A stretch of DNA of 64,000 bases from Candidatus Krumholzibacteriia bacterium (GTDB lineage Bacteria > Krumholzibacteriota > Krumholzibacteriia > JAJRXK01), in contig JBGPIA010000017.1 of NCBI GenBank assembly GCA_041484665.1, positions 32,001-96,000 on the forward strand. Reading direction: 5' to 3'. This document shows positions 31,400 through 42,968 of this stretch, piece by piece (position 1 is the first letter of the stretch; each line of letters begins with the position of its first letter). The notes beneath the pieces were generated by a model that was not told the origin of the DNA, did no database searches, and worked only from the letters and a program-made list of their open reading frames with translations. The position numbers were made by a program, and so were the translations under genes.

Positions 31400-32743
31400 A
31401 TGATGGAGCTCGCCGTCCCATCGCAGCTCGATCGAGAGGCCGTCGCGTGCGCGCTGCGGCCGAGCTCCCGCTGCCGGATCCTCCTCCTGCTTCTCGTGGC
31501 CCCTTGGCTTCCAATGGTTGCTTCTCCCCACCCTGCCTCCGCTCAAGGAGTGTGCGTGCCGACCCCCGCCGCAAAGTGGTGCCCGGTGGGTGGCAGCGTC
31601 GACATCGCGGTGTACTTCCACCCGAGCATTCCCCACAGCATCCTCAACAAGGACTACGCAGCCTTCTCGGCCGCGATCCAGGAATGGAACCTCGAGAACC
31701 TCGGCACCGGCTACCACCTGGTGGACATGGGAGCTTGCTCAGGACCCTGCGACGGCGAAGGGGACGGCGACTTTCCTGCGCGTGGGATCGTCATCAAACT
31801 GGCCCCGCTTGGGATCGCCACGTGCACGGGGATCGGCGGGCGCACCACGCTCATTCCGGGAGACCGTGCGCCCGGGGCAGTCATCGATCCGATCGTCAAG
31901 GCCTATGTCCGGTTGAACTCGCAGATGGATTGGAGCGCGAACGATCGGCTGACCACGGCGCGCCATGAGCTCGGACATGCCCTGGGCATGGGTCACCTGG
32001 ACGGGTGCCCGACCACCCTCCTCATGACGGAAGGAAGACCCTGCGGCACCTCGTACACCCTCGATTCCTCGACGTCGAGCGGTATCGCCTGCCTGTACGG
32101 GACCTCCGAGGGGGATTGTGCCTCCCGGCGCGGGGTGAGGGTCGTAGTCCGTATCCCCGATGTGCGCTTTTTCCTCGAGAGCTGTCCGTGTGGCGCTGGG
32201 TGTGCTGCGGCGGCCAAGCCGGCCCGAGCTCCCACGGCGGTCACCTACGAGCTCGCAATCAACGAGAACGGCGGGCCCTATGCGGTGTTCACCAATCTGG
32301 ACGATTCCGATTGGGTGAATGGTAGCTACGACTTCACGTTCCCGCGCAGCTACTCCCAGGCGCTGATCCGGATGCGGGTGTTCGAGAACGGCGTATTCAC
32401 GGAAGAGTCCTACTCGCTCGAGCCGGTGGACATCGTCGTTGCGACGGACGTGCCCGCGGGAGTCTCCGCGGTTGCGGCGACGCGCATCTTTCCCAACCCT
32501 CTGTCTCCGGCGACGTATCTGGAGTTTGGGCTCGCGGACGAGTCGGCGGTCGAGGTTTCGGTCTACGACCCTGCGGGCCGCCGTGTGATGACGTCGAACT
32601 TCGGCACGCTGGCTGCGGGCGCGCACCGCATCCCCCTCGATCGGCGCACGCTGGAGAAGAACGGTGCCCGCAGCGGTGTCTACTTCTACACCTTGCGCAT
32701 CGGAAGCCGCACCGAGCGGGGCAAGCTCCTGCTCATCAGATAA
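31400..32743 (+). CDS. secreted metzincin (matrixin-like) metalloprotease with FlgD/T9SS-like tail
   Basis: HELGHALGMGH zinc-binding motif followed by Met-turn (LLM); Cys-rich; tail IFPNP...SGVYFY. Confidence 0.88.
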   Translation: MMELAVPSQLDREAVACALRPSSRCRILLLLLVAPWLPMVASPHPASAQGVCVPTPAAKWCPVGGSVDIAVYFHPSIPHSILNKDYAAFSAAIQEWNLENLGTGYHLVDMGACSGPCDGEGDGDFPARGIVIKLAPLGIATCTGIGGRTTLIPGDRAPGAVIDPIVKAYVRLNSQMDWSANDRLTTARHELGHALGMGHLDGCPTTLLMTEGRPCGTSYTLDSSTSSGIACLYGTSEGDCASRRGVRVVVRIPDVRFFLESCPCGAGCAAAAKPARAPTAVTYELAINENGGPYAVFTNLDDSDWVNGSYDFTFPRSYSQALIRMRVFENGVFTEESYSLEPVDIVVATDVPAGVSAVAATRIFPNPLSPATYLEFGLADESAVEVSVYDPAGRRVMTSNFGTLAAGAHRIPLDRRTLEKNGARSGVYFYTLRIGSRTERGKLLLIR

Positions 32744-32920
32744 CGTACCGTCAACGACCCGGTCGCCGTCGTGTTCGCGAGCTGTCCGACCAGGCACGAG
32801 CAGCCGCTGACGGAGGAAACCCAGCGCGCGCTCCTGGGCTGGGTGCGCGCGGGGTTCTCGGTTCCACGTGGGCCCGCAGATCCTGTGCGACGCCAGCGAG
32901 AGCCTCGCGCACCTGGCGCG

Positions 32921-33484
32921 CTACCGGAACTGCCCCTTGATCGACGACCAGGTCATAGGCTCGATTGCCACTTGCCCACAGTGGGGAACATCCGCGGTTC
33001 GGGTACCCGTCGACGTGAACTCCTGGCAGGTATCCGGGAAGAGGCCCCCGCACCCGGCCGAGTACTGGGTGGTGATCGTCACCACCGTTTGCTCGGAGTC
33101 GCCGGTTCGCGTTGCCACGCCCGCGAAGGTGACCGTTGCGGTGCATTGCCCGAACACCACCTCCGTGCTGCTGCACGTCCAGTCGAAGTGCGTGTCGGTC
33201 GCGGTCCCCGAGCAGGTCAGCCCCAGACCTCCGCCCCTGAAGATCGGCTGCCCGGCGCACAGGGTGTCGAGTTGGGACTCCTGATTGACGATCGCCGGAT
33301 TCCCGCAGACGCGCTCGATGGTGGTGGTATTCCAGACGCCCTGCCAGGCGGCCGGGATCGTCGGGCCATCCGCCTCCACGCGTGCGGCAAACAGGCCGAT
33401 CGCCATGCCCGTGAGCACAGCGGCCGGCAGCAGACGGCGCACCGAGGCGTGACGGTGCGGGATCACACTTGCAATGGGGTTCAT
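32921..33484 (-). CDS. secreted Cys/Thr-rich protein with C-terminal TWxxIK motif
   Basis: Signal peptide; eight Cys in the mature part; ends VAIEPMTWSSIKGQFR. Confidence 0.8.
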   Translation of the reverse strand: MNPIASVIPHRHASVRRLLPAAVLTGMAIGLFAARVEADGPTIPAAWQGVWNTTTIERVCGNPAIVNQESQLDTLCAGQPIFRGGGLGLTCSGTATDTHFDWTCSSTEVVFGQCTATVTFAGVATRTGDSEQTVVTITTQYSAGCGGLFPDTCQEFTSTGTRTADVPHCGQVAIEPMTWSSIKGQFR

Positions 33485-33849
33485 GAGGGCCTCGACGGTT
33501 GGGGGGTCCGACGGAGCGCGCGCCACGATTCTGCGCCACTCGCTCGCTTTAGCTTATCACGAGTGGGCGCTTCGGGACACGCCTCCCCAGAGCCCCTCCC
33601 CAGAGCCCCGGATGCGACGGGGAACCCGGCGGCGTCTCCGCGTACAGCGTCCCGCAGGGACACACGCCGCCGGTCGACACCGCCACGTGGCAGATCCACG
33701 CGAGCCGCCGTTCGCCCCTCTCCCGCACCTGGGACCCCGAAAGCCGGGCTGCATCCGTCAGACCCTGCGATCGCGCAACCTTCGGATTACAGCCGCGTAG
33801 ACTGCGCAATCTCCTGGGTCTCGCCGCCTTCCGCATTGGGGGACACGCG

Positions 33850-34788
33850 ATGAAGCGCATGGCATGCGCCGCATTGTTGCGGGTTGGCGCCACCCCTTCG
33901 CGCGCCCAGACCACGTTCCACGGCAACCTTGCGCGCACGGGGGTCTACCCGTCGGCGGGACCGACGCGCTTCGGGAGGGTGAAGTGGGCCTTCAAGACCG
34001 GCAGCGCGATCGTGACCTCGCCCGCCATTGCCGACGGAGTCGTCTACATCGGCTCCCTCGACGGGCACCTCCACGTCGTCGCGCAGGAGACGGGCAAGGA
34101 GAAGTGGAAGTTCAAGTCGAGGATGCCGATCGCGTCGTCGCCGGCCGTGGCCGGGGGCACGCTCTACTTTGTGTCCTCGACCGGCGCTCTGGCCGCGCTC
34201 GACGTCGCCACCGGCACGCCGAAGTGGGTGTTCGCGGCTGAGTACGAGCGGAAGTTCGAGTCGAAGAATCTCCACGGCTACGTGTACGCGGTGGATGCCG
34301 CGAGCGGGCGCAAGAAGTGGGACTATCCGACCAGCAAGTCCTGGGTGATCGGCACGCCCGCGGTGCGCGAAGGCTTGGTGTACGTAGGCACCTCGGACAG
34401 CGCGCGCTTCATGGCGCTGGACGCGCGGACTGGGCGGCTGCGGTTCACCTTCGATGCCAAGGCCTACGTCTTCTCCTCCGCGGCCGTCGCCGGGGACTTG
34501 GTCTGCTTCGGCTCCCACAATGGGAAGCTGTATGCGATCGACGCGCGCACCGGAACGCTGGCCTGGGAATTCCAGACCGAGGCGTCGAAGAGCGACGCGC
34601 TGAAGGTGCTGAATCCGGATGGGAGTCTGAACCAGGAGGCGTTCGCGCCGGTGTTCGGCGACTTCGAGGACATGTACGTCGACTTCTACCGCTTCGGCTC
34701 TATCGGAGCGGTGATGTCGTCGCCGGTCGTCGACAGTAAAGTGGTGTACTTCGGATGCATGGGCGGCAGTCTCTACGCGATCCAGTGA
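33850..34788 (+). CDS. PQQ-like (BamB-type) beta-propeller repeat protein, possibly internally deleted
   Basis: Repeats SSPA(I/V)..G.VY.GS.DG..A.D..TG..KW; blade lacking its first half at NLHGY|VYAVDA. Confidence 0.8.
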   Translation: MKRMACAALLRVGATPSRAQTTFHGNLARTGVYPSAGPTRFGRVKWAFKTGSAIVTSPAIADGVVYIGSLDGHLHVVAQETGKEKWKFKSRMPIASSPAVAGGTLYFVSSTGALAALDVATGTPKWVFAAEYERKFESKNLHGYVYAVDAASGRKKWDYPTSKSWVIGTPAVREGLVYVGTSDSARFMALDARTGRLRFTFDAKAYVFSSAAVAGDLVCFGSHNGKLYAIDARTGTLAWEFQTEASKSDALKVLNPDGSLNQEAFAPVFGDFEDMYVDFYRFGSIGAVMSSPVVDSKVVYFGCMGGSLYAIQ

Positions 34789-34994
34789 AGGAACGGTTCC
34801 CAGCTTGCGCGCAAGGAGCGGATTCCCGATCTCGCCCACCCCGCTGCTGGCCTTCGCCCCCCGCAGTGGCCCGAACCTCGTCTGCCTCTCCGCCACCCGC
34901 CCGCACGCCACGCCATACCGGCATGCAGCAGATCCCAACTCCGGCACGGTGTTTCATCCACGCGGGTACGCCGGTGGCAGGCGGGGCTGTTCCG

Positions 34995-36299
34995 TCAGGC
35001 GCCCAGGCGGTAGGTGAAGTAGATCGCGCACCCGGCGTTTGCCAGCAAGGTCACCACCCAGGCGCTTTCCGCGATCGCGGAGCGCAGGTCGCGACCGCCG
35101 CCCGCCGGACGGCAGACGATTCGAAAGCAGGTGACTGCGGCAAACGCGCTCACGATCCACGGCGTGAGCAGAAAACGCGAAGTAGAGAACGCCAGGCCCA
35201 CCGCGGTTGTCCAACCGAGCACCAGCAGCAGAAGAAATGCCGTCGCCCCGTCCGGCGGGGCAAGTAGACGCGTGAGATCGCGCACGCGACGCGCGCGCAC
35301 GCTGACGAGCGTTGCGAGCGTCGCCAGGCCGGTCAAAGCTGCAAGGACAACCGGCACGACCCCTCCAACTCGACGCGCGAGATAGGGAGGAAACACGCCC
35401 GCCGTCATCGAAACGAGGCGGATCCCGCCCAGCACCGTCTCCTTGGCCCAGTGTGAGAAGAAGAGCTGGGGCTCGCTCCGCACGATGGCGGTCAGCGACA
35501 GATCCCGGTCCTTGGGCCACTGGCTCCAGTCCATGCCGCCGTGGAGCCCGAACCAGACATTCTTCGCCTGGGTCTGGTGAAACAGCTCTCCCGTCGCGCG
35601 CCACGAGATCATCATCTGAGGCGCATAGACGATCAGGCCTCCGGCCACGGCCAGGGCGGCAAGGCCCAGCGACCGGCGGCGTTCGCGTCGTCGCAGTCCG
35701 TTCCACGACACCGCGATCAGGAAAGCCGGGAGCAGAACCAGAGCCGTCTGGCGCACGAGCGCCGCCGCCCCTGCCCAGGCCCCCCCGACCAGGGCGCGTC
35801 GCGCGGTCGACTCCCGCAACGTCGTCGCCAGTGATCTCACCGCCAACACCGCGAGCAACGAGGCGAGTTGATCGGTGCCGACCAGCAGAGCCGTTTCGTA
35901 GAAGTACCAGTTCAGAGCGAGATAGACCTGCCCGGTGAACGCCGTCTCCGCGGCGGCGAAGTCCCGGACGAGCCCGTGGGCCACGCGCAGCGACAGGCCG
36001 GCGGCCAGGACGGCGATGATCCTCGCGGCAACGAATGGATCGCTCGTGAGCAGCGTGGCGAGCCGCAGCACCAGCGGATAGCCGAACGGGAGCAGGCCGT
36101 TCAGCGTGAAGACAGTCCGCCACGTCGCGGCGCTGGCAGCGTGACTGACGAAATCGGTCTCCACCGTGTGGAGGATCGGATCGCGGTGGAAGAACTGCAC
36201 CACGGCACCGGCGATCACGAACAGAACAGGGACGAGCCACGGAGACCGCGTGGCTGCGCCGGGCGCTGGTGGCTGTCGGTCCGGCGGCGGCCGCTTCAT
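34995..36299 (-). CDS. polytopic membrane protein, GT-C (ArnT/PMT-like) glycosyltransferase
   Basis: ETD after first TM, PFGYP, GTD, A.LVRQT; multiple TM helices. Confidence 0.7.
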   Translation of the reverse strand: MKRPPPDRQPPAPGAATRSPWLVPVLFVIAGAVVQFFHRDPILHTVETDFVSHAASAATWRTVFTLNGLLPFGYPLVLRLATLLTSDPFVAARIIAVLAAGLSLRVAHGLVRDFAAAETAFTGQVYLALNWYFYETALLVGTDQLASLLAVLAVRSLATTLRESTARRALVGGAWAGAAALVRQTALVLLPAFLIAVSWNGLRRRERRRSLGLAALAVAGGLIVYAPQMMISWRATGELFHQTQAKNVWFGLHGGMDWSQWPKDRDLSLTAIVRSEPQLFFSHWAKETVLGGIRLVSMTAGVFPPYLARRVGGVVPVVLAALTGLATLATLVSVRARRVRDLTRLLAPPDGATAFLLLLVLGWTTAVGLAFSTSRFLLTPWIVSAFAAVTCFRIVCRPAGGGRDLRSAIAESAWVVTLLANAGCAIYFTYRLGA

Positions 36300-36708
36300 G
36301 GAGGCGCAGCATGGACCCGACGGGTCGGGAAATCAACCCGTGGGGGGAGTGATCGTCTCGGTGACGGGGGCCGTTCGCCGAATCGCCACGACGTGCCACG
36401 TGCTGGGTGTCTCCGCCTGCGGCGACCATGCGTGGCGGAGTCCCGCTCATCGGCCGGGTGACGCGCCCCGCTCGCGCGAACGTCTCGAACGCCGTGCGCC
36501 CCCACCTCCCAGAACAGCGACATCAGGGTCAGATGTCGCGCCCGACCCCCAGCCAAGCGCGTGGCGCTGTACGCCGCTTCGCGTTTCCCCTGGTGGGATG
36601 CTGCGCTATGATGGTGGTCGCACTTGGTCCGTGACGCTTTCGACCAGACTCGAAGAACCCTCGACCCGCATCACCTCGCGGTGTCGGGCAGAAAGGCACG
36701 ACCCGACC

Positions 36709-38610
36709 ATGGCCGCAGCCAAGAGCCTTGAGATCCGCGATGGCCTGGATCGGGAGTACAGCGACGTCCTGACGCCCGCCGCACTGGCCGCGCTCTCGGC
36801 CCTCGCTCCTTTCAACCGCGAGCGGCGGGCGCTCATGGCGGCGCGCATGCACCGCCGGCTCGAGCGTACACGTGACGCCAAGTGCATCGACTTCCTGGAC
36901 CCCTCCTCGATCATCCCGCGCACGCAGATCCGCGTACAGGACGCCCGGGAGGGGAACTTCGAGGGGAGCGGGATTCCCGCCGATCTGCAGCGCCAGTGGA
37001 TCCAGGGGACCGGTCCCGCGACCAAGCCCCGCGCGAGCATCGAGAGCAGCATCCGCAACATCGCCTACGCACTCTTGGCGGGCGCGGATGGCTGGATGTT
37101 CGACGGTGAGGATGCCCTGGGGCAGATCCAGACCATGTCGCTGGACAACCAGCGCAATCTGAAGCTGGCCATCGCCAGGGATCCCATCTTCCTGAAGACC
37201 GCCGAAACCGTGGCAGATGAGATGAACGCTTGGGCGGACGGCTTCCTCGGCCGCACGATCATCGGCGACTGGAAGCGCCAGCTCGACTTCACCACGAAGA
37301 TCTTCCGCGCCCGCGGGCTACATCTGGACGATCGCCACGTACGCGAGGGCGACGTCACCGGCTTCTCGGCCTCCATCGTGGACATGACGCTCTACGTGGT
37401 GAACAACCACCAGCGGCTGAGCGACGCCGGCTCATCGATCGTGCTCTATCTGCCGAAGATCCAGACGGCGGAAGAAGCCGCGCTGTGGAACGACATGATC
37501 ACCGCTCTCGAGCAGCACCTTGCGCTGCCGCGGGGAACCATCAAGGTCTACGTGCTGGTCGAGCAGCTCGAAGCCTCGTTCCAGTTGATGGAGATCCGCG
37601 CCGCTCTTGGACCCCACTTCGTCGGTTACAACACGGGGCGTTGGGACTACATCAACAGCGTGGCCGACGCACTGGCGTGGGATCCCGCCTTCGTGAATCC
37701 GAACATCGACGCCATCGGCATGACCTATGGGTACATGCGCAACTACGAGGATCGGGTACGGCGGGCCGTCAACACACCCGACAAGGCAGGCCGCTGTGCC
37801 CTGTGGCAGGGGGGCATGGAGCCGAACATTCCGGTGGGCTCGCCGACCGGTGTCGCCGCTTCCATGAAGCGGGCGATCGCCGGCGCGCAACGGGAGCAAC
37901 GCGAGGGGGCCAGCGGCAAGTGGGTCGCCCACTGGAAGATGGTCCACATCGTCCGCCCGGTGTGGGAGAAGGCCGGCGAGGCCAACCAGTTGGGGCACTC
38001 GTTCCCGCGCCTGACCTATACCAAGAATGACGCGGACGGGCTGATGCTGCTTCAGCCCGCGCCGCGGACGATCCGCGGTGCCCGCGACCTGATCAGCGTC
38101 GCCCTGCAGTACGGCAACGCTTTCGGCCAGGGCTTCCAGGCCGCGGCGTTGAAGCCGGCTGATTCTTTCGGCAGCGACGAGGTGCTCTACCTCATGGAGG
38201 ACATGGCCACCGGGGAGATCCGCCTCAGCATTCTCTGGGAGTGGCTGCACAAGGCCGCGCGGCTCACCGAGGACGACCCGACATCCGGCGCCAAGGCGCA
38301 AGCCACGTTCACCCGGGAGCTCTTCGAGCGGTTGCTGCGCGAGGAGTACGAGAAGCTGCGCCAGGCGAGCAATCGCGACGTCCACGACGCCTCCAAGGAC
38401 ACGACGCTGCCCATCGCGCGCGAGATCGTCCAGACCTACATGGCGAACCAGGCCAAGCCGCCCTGGTACATCGACCTCTTGAACCTCAATCTCGACAACC
38501 ACGACCTGGCGAAGGCGCAGCAGCGCGTAGGCAGGTACATGACGGCGTTTTGCGCCGACGGCACCCGCATCACCGAGAACCTGGACTTCGACCCCAGCCG
38601 CAGGAGTTGA
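36709..38610 (+). CDS. aceB: malate synthase
   Basis: [39 protein letters not shown]; adjacent to isocitrate lyase. Confidence 0.92.
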   Translation: MAAAKSLEIRDGLDREYSDVLTPAALAALSALAPFNRERRALMAARMHRRLERTRDAKCIDFLDPSSIIPRTQIRVQDAREGNFEGSGIPADLQRQWIQGTGPATKPRASIESSIRNIAYALLAGADGWMFDGEDALGQIQTMSLDNQRNLKLAIARDPIFLKTAETVADEMNAWADGFLGRTIIGDWKRQLDFTTKIFRARGLHLDDRHVREGDVTGFSASIVDMTLYVVNNHQRLSDAGSSIVLYLPKIQTAEEAALWNDMITALEQHLALPRGTIKVYVLVEQLEASFQLMEIRAALGPHFVGYNTGRWDYINSVADALAWDPAFVNPNIDAIGMTYGYMRNYEDRVRRAVNTPDKAGRCALWQGGMEPNIPVGSPTGVAASMKRAIAGAQREQREGASGKWVAHWKMVHIVRPVWEKAGEANQLGHSFPRLTYTKNDADGLMLLQPAPRTIRGARDLISVALQYGNAFGQGFQAAALKPADSFGSDEVLYLMEDMATGEIRLSILWEWLHKAARLTEDDPTSGAKAQATFTRELFERLLREEYEKLRQASNRDVHDASKDTTLPIAREIVQTYMANQAKPPWYIDLLNLNLDNHDLAKAQQRVGRYMTAFCADGTRITENLDFDPSRRS

Positions 38611-38612
38611 CC

Positions 38613-40871
38613 ATGACCGCGTTCGATCACGAGGTGCGCGCAACCCAGGAGTGGTTCGACGGCCCCCGCTTCCGTGGGCTCGTCCGGCTGTACTCGGCCC
38701 GTCAGGTGGTGGAGCAGCGCGGCACCATCCGCATCGACTACGCGGTGGCCCGCGGCGCGGCGGAAGCGTTCTACCACCGACTGCGCGAGCTATTCGTCCA
38801 GCGCAAGAGCATCACCACGTTCGGTCCCTACTCGCCGGGGCACGCTGTAACGATGAAGCGGATGGGGATCGAGGGGATCTATCTGGGCGGCTGGGCCACC
38901 TCGGCCAAGGGCTCGGTCACCGAAGACCCGGGGCCGGACCTCGCCAGCTATCCGCTGAGCCAGGTACCGGACGAGGCGGCTGTGCTGGTGCGGGCTCTGT
39001 TGACCGCCGACCGCAATCAGCAGTACCTGCGCTCCCGCATGACGGCAGACAAGCAAGCAGTGACGCCGCAGGTCGACTATCGACCGTTCATCATCTGCGA
39101 CGCGGACACCGGCCATGGTGGCGATCCCCACGTGCGCAACCTCGTGCGGCGCTTTGTGGAGGTCGGCATTCCCGGATACCACATCGAGGATCAGCGCCCA
39201 GGCACCAAGAAGTGCGGACACCAGGGAGGCAAGGTGCTGGTGGCCGTTGACGAGCAGATCAAGCGGCTGAACTCCGCGCGGTTCCAGCTCGACGTCATGG
39301 AGGTGGCGGGCATCCTCGTGGCCCGTACCGACGCCGAGGCAGCCACGCTGCTCGAGACACGGGGGGACGAGCGGGACCAACCCTTCATCCTCGGTGCCAC
39401 GAACGTGCATGTCCCGACCTTCAAGACTGCCTACCTGGCGATGCTCAAGAGCTTCTACGAAGCTGGCGTGACCGAGCTCAACGGCCACCTGCTCTACGCT
39501 ATTTCCGACGAGGAATACGCGCCGGCCGTGGACTGGTTGAAGCGAAGCAACGTGCTGAGCCTGCTCCACGACCGAGCGCATGCGCACCTGAAGGGCGGAA
39601 AGTTGACGGTGGACGCCGCCTTCGACGAAGTGGCGAACCGGCTCCTGGAAGTCTGGGAGGACGAAGCGGGGCTGGAGACCTACGGCGGAGCCATCGCCGA
39701 CGCGTTGGAGTTCCTCGCTAGCGAGGGCGAAGAGCTTCCCATCACCGTCGACGAGTGGAGAGCCTTCGCGAAGACGGCATCCCACCCGCGCGCCCAGGAG
39801 AAGGCGCGAGCGCTGGGCCTCAACGTCACCTGGGACTGCGAGCTGGCCAAGACACCCGAGGGCTACTACCAGATCCGTGGGGGCATCGACTACGCCATCG
39901 CCAAGTCGCTGGCCGCCGCGCCGTTCGCCGACATCCTGTGGATGGAGACGAAGACCGCCGATCTCGAGGACGCGCGCACGTTCGCCAGTGCCATCCACGC
40001 CGAGTTCCCCGACAAGATGCTGGCTTACAACCTGTCCCCCTCGTTCAGTTGGGACACGACCGGCATGACCGACGACCAGATGCGCCATTTTCCCGAAGCG
40101 CTGGGCAAGCTGGGCTTCGTCTTCAACTTCATCACCTACGGCGGGCATCAGATCGACGGCGTGGCGGCCGAGGAGTTCGCCACGGCGCTCAAGCAGGACG
40201 GGATGCTGGCGCTCGCCAGGCTGCAGCGCAAGATCCGGCTGGTGGAGTCCCCCTATAAGACGCCCCAGACACTGGTGGGCGGGCCGCGCCTCGACGGCGC
40301 CCTGGTGGCCTCCTCGGGACGCACCGCCATGACCGGTGCCATGGGCAAGGGCTCGACGCAGCACCAGCACCTGGTGCAGACCGAGGTTCCCACCAGGCTG
40401 TTGGAGGAGTGGCTCGGTCTGTGGCACGACCACTACGCTCTGAAGCCGCAACTGCGGGTTCGCCTGCGTCCCCACCGCGCCGGGTCGGAGCTGCTGGAGC
40501 TGGGGATCTACGGGCAGACGGACGAGAAGCTGGCGAACGTGATCTTCGCTCCCATCCAGGATCGCCGGGGGCGCAACATCCTCTCGGTGCGCGATCAGAA
40601 CACGTTCGAGCAGTCGCTGCGCAAGAAGCGGCTGATGACGCTCATCCACCTCTTCCTAGTGCATCGTTACAAGACCGATTCGGTGCACTACGTGAGCCCC
40701 ACGGAAGACAACCAGTACCAGACACAGAAGATGAAGGCCCACGGCATCTTCGCAGACGTGCACACCGAGGTGGGGCAGATCATCGTGGCCGCCGTGAATG
40801 CGGCGCGCATCACCGAGCTGTTGAATCCGGATCGGGAAGCGCTGAGGCGGTTGATCCGCAAAGAAAGCTGA
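38613..40871 (+). CDS. aceA: isocitrate lyase, long ICL2 type with C-terminal extension
   Basis: [18 protein letters not shown] catalytic motif, [16 protein letters not shown]; about 752 aa with extra C-terminal domain. Confidence 0.93.
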   Translation: MTAFDHEVRATQEWFDGPRFRGLVRLYSARQVVEQRGTIRIDYAVARGAAEAFYHRLRELFVQRKSITTFGPYSPGHAVTMKRMGIEGIYLGGWATSAKGSVTEDPGPDLASYPLSQVPDEAAVLVRALLTADRNQQYLRSRMTADKQAVTPQVDYRPFIICDADTGHGGDPHVRNLVRRFVEVGIPGYHIEDQRPGTKKCGHQGGKVLVAVDEQIKRLNSARFQLDVMEVAGILVARTDAEAATLLETRGDERDQPFILGATNVHVPTFKTAYLAMLKSFYEAGVTELNGHLLYAISDEEYAPAVDWLKRSNVLSLLHDRAHAHLKGGKLTVDAAFDEVANRLLEVWEDEAGLETYGGAIADALEFLASEGEELPITVDEWRAFAKTASHPRAQEKARALGLNVTWDCELAKTPEGYYQIRGGIDYAIAKSLAAAPFADILWMETKTADLEDARTFASAIHAEFPDKMLAYNLSPSFSWDTTGMTDDQMRHFPEALGKLGFVFNFITYGGHQIDGVAAEEFATALKQDGMLALARLQRKIRLVESPYKTPQTLVGGPRLDGALVASSGRTAMTGAMGKGSTQHQHLVQTEVPTRLLEEWLGLWHDHYALKPQLRVRLRPHRAGSELLELGIYGQTDEKLANVIFAPIQDRRGRNILSVRDQNTFEQSLRKKRLMTLIHLFLVHRYKTDSVHYVSPTEDNQYQTQKMKAHGIFADVHTEVGQIIVAAVNAARITELLNPDREALRRLIRKES

Positions 40872-40873
40872 GC

Positions 40874-41183
40874 ATGGCGATCTGCACGACCAACGCCAAC
40901 GAGTCGATCAGCGCGCAGCTCTGCAAGGCGACCAAGAGCCGCGACGCTTTCCCGGGTGCAGACGGGGGAAGCGGCCTCAGGCGGGCGGGCTGGGGCTCAG
41001 GAGGCCGGGCCCGGAGAGGCGGTTCCGAGAGCGCACGCGACAAGACCGCCGATTGGCTCGAGCGCCCTGCGCGGACTCACTTTGGTGGGCGAGCCGCCCG
41101 GAGCGCTGGGCGATCGTGGCGGGGTCACACATCCAGAATCACACAATAGCGTCCGCGAACACACAATCAGTGTTGACGCCGCC
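40874..41183 (+). mobile_element. IS256-family remnant (transposase C-terminus and right end)
   Basis: AICTTNANESISAQLCKATKSRDAFP resembles the IS256 IYTTNxxE..N..LRK.TK.RG.FP motif; acacaa....tgttgacgcc resembles an IS256 terminus. Confidence 0.6.
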
Positions 41184-41390
41184 ACTGCACGGCCGAGTCT
41201 TACGCAAGAGGGTGGAGTGATCTGCCGCTCCGCCGCACGACTGCACGCCGAGCCCTCCACTCCACCTCGTCCTTGACCCCGCGGCAGAGGCGAACGCCAC
41301 CTCCTTTGCCCCGCGCCGCTCTGTTCCCGTTGCGCTCTCGCGCGAAGGTCAGGGGCGATCATTCCCGGTCGGTTTGAGGAGGTTCCGACC

Positions 41391-42762
41391 ATGAAACGTA
41401 GAATCGCTCTGATGTGCATCGGATTGGGTGCGGTCGTGGGGCTCTTGGGCTGTGGCGAGACCGAGGAGACTCTTGGGCCGGCCGAGCCGGCGATCGCTAA
41501 TTCGGCCATGAACGTGAGCAACACCGGCACCGGCCCAGAGCCGGTGACCGTGCTCCTGATCGCTGGTGCGATGACGAGAGTCGGAAGCGTCGGGTGCTGG
41601 ATCGAGGGAGGCAGCTTGTACGTCAGGTACTCCGTCGAGGGAGGATGGTACCTCAGGGCGACCGACCTGGCGGTGGCGGCGAGCCTGAGCGGCATCCCCA
41701 TACACCCCTCCGGCAAGCCTGCGCTGAGGCGGTTTCCGCTGAGGGCATCGCACCTGCCTCGCGTTGCCGAGTACACCTACCTGCTGAACCTGACTCAGTT
41801 CGGCCTGAGCCAGGCCGCGACGATCACGTTTGCCGCCCACGCCGAGGTCGTGCGCATCAACACGGCGGGGTGGGTAGTCGGCAAGAAGGACGCGTGGGGG
41901 CAGGGGCAGCGGTTCCCCCGCGACACGCGCGGCAGGCATCCTGACGCGGCCGCTAACGTGACTGCCAACGAAACCGATGACGCGACGGCTGACCTGATCG
42001 GGCGAAGGGCCACGTACTTCGTCCTGGATACCCTGCAACTCAAGGGGTTGATCCTCTGGAACAGGCTGGGGTCAGCCGTCGAGATCACCGGGAGTGCCTA
42101 TGGTCCGGATGGCGTCATCACCGGTGTTCTGGACTACCTCCCCTGCGCGTACGGCAATGGGTTTAAGGCCCACCCACGCGCGGGCGATCACAACATCCCA
42201 GACAACTTCGTGGACTTCGGCGGCCTGGGTCTCCAGCAGCGAGGGTGCCTGGAGTTCTGGTACCGCGCGAATTGGAACGACCCCTCCGTGGGGCACGTCG
42301 TTGACCAACTCCAGTACGGCTCCCCGGGGAAGGGCACCATCTACAACCTCGCGATGCAGTTCAATGACTGGCAGGATTTGCTGAACATCGCGTGGGAAGA
42401 TGATCCACTGTTGGGCACCGTCTGGGTGCAAGTCAGTTGCCAGCCGTCTGGGATACCGGAGTGGTCCACCACGCAACCGATGCACTTCGCAATCGTCTGG
42501 GACGGCACGCAGCCAGTGGTGACCCAGCGCCTCAGGGTCTTCATCAATGGACAGGACGTCGCCACGCTGGGGGCGACATACTATTATGGCCGGCGACCCA
42601 CGCATGGCCAACCATCCCGGCGACGACGTGCTGCGGTTGGCCAGCCGTCTCAACCCCGGTGATTGGGATCGCCATCCCTGGGTTGCGGACCACGACATCT
42701 ACGACAACCTGAAGATCTGGAACTACCCGAAGGCCGACTTCTCGGACCGGTTCCAGGAGTAG
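41391..42762 (+). pseudogene. lipoprotein with LamG/concanavalin-like domain, single +1 frameshift
   Basis: Lipobox LLGC; GCLEFWY, HFAIVWD, LRVFING; extra C near 42591; true C-terminus DIYDNLKIWNY...QE* lies in another frame (could be a sequencing error). Confidence 0.7.
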
Positions 42763-42968
42763 CGCGATGCGCGGGGCGGAGAGGGGGTCTTATCGCGCGC
42801 GCCAAACCACCTCTCCGCGCCCGGCGTTCGGAGCCCCCCACCGAGCCCCCGACCGCCTGCCTCACGGCCCTTTTTCCATCGCTGCTTCTCGCGACGACTC
42901 GGCGCATCCAGCCGTTGCTGTGAGCGCCGCTGACGCTGCTCGCCGCGCCTTCGCCGTCTCAGATCCCC

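Noticed and set aside
33775..33800. GCAACC...CGTAG as a third ECF promoter
   Set aside because: Spacer is 2 nt shorter and the -35 differs from the two matched copies
36166..36708. N-terminal extensions of malate synthase, and likewise ICL, qor and SDR, in the ORF track
   Set aside because: Homology and RBS placement support the downstream ATGs (36709, 38613, 1296, 46561)
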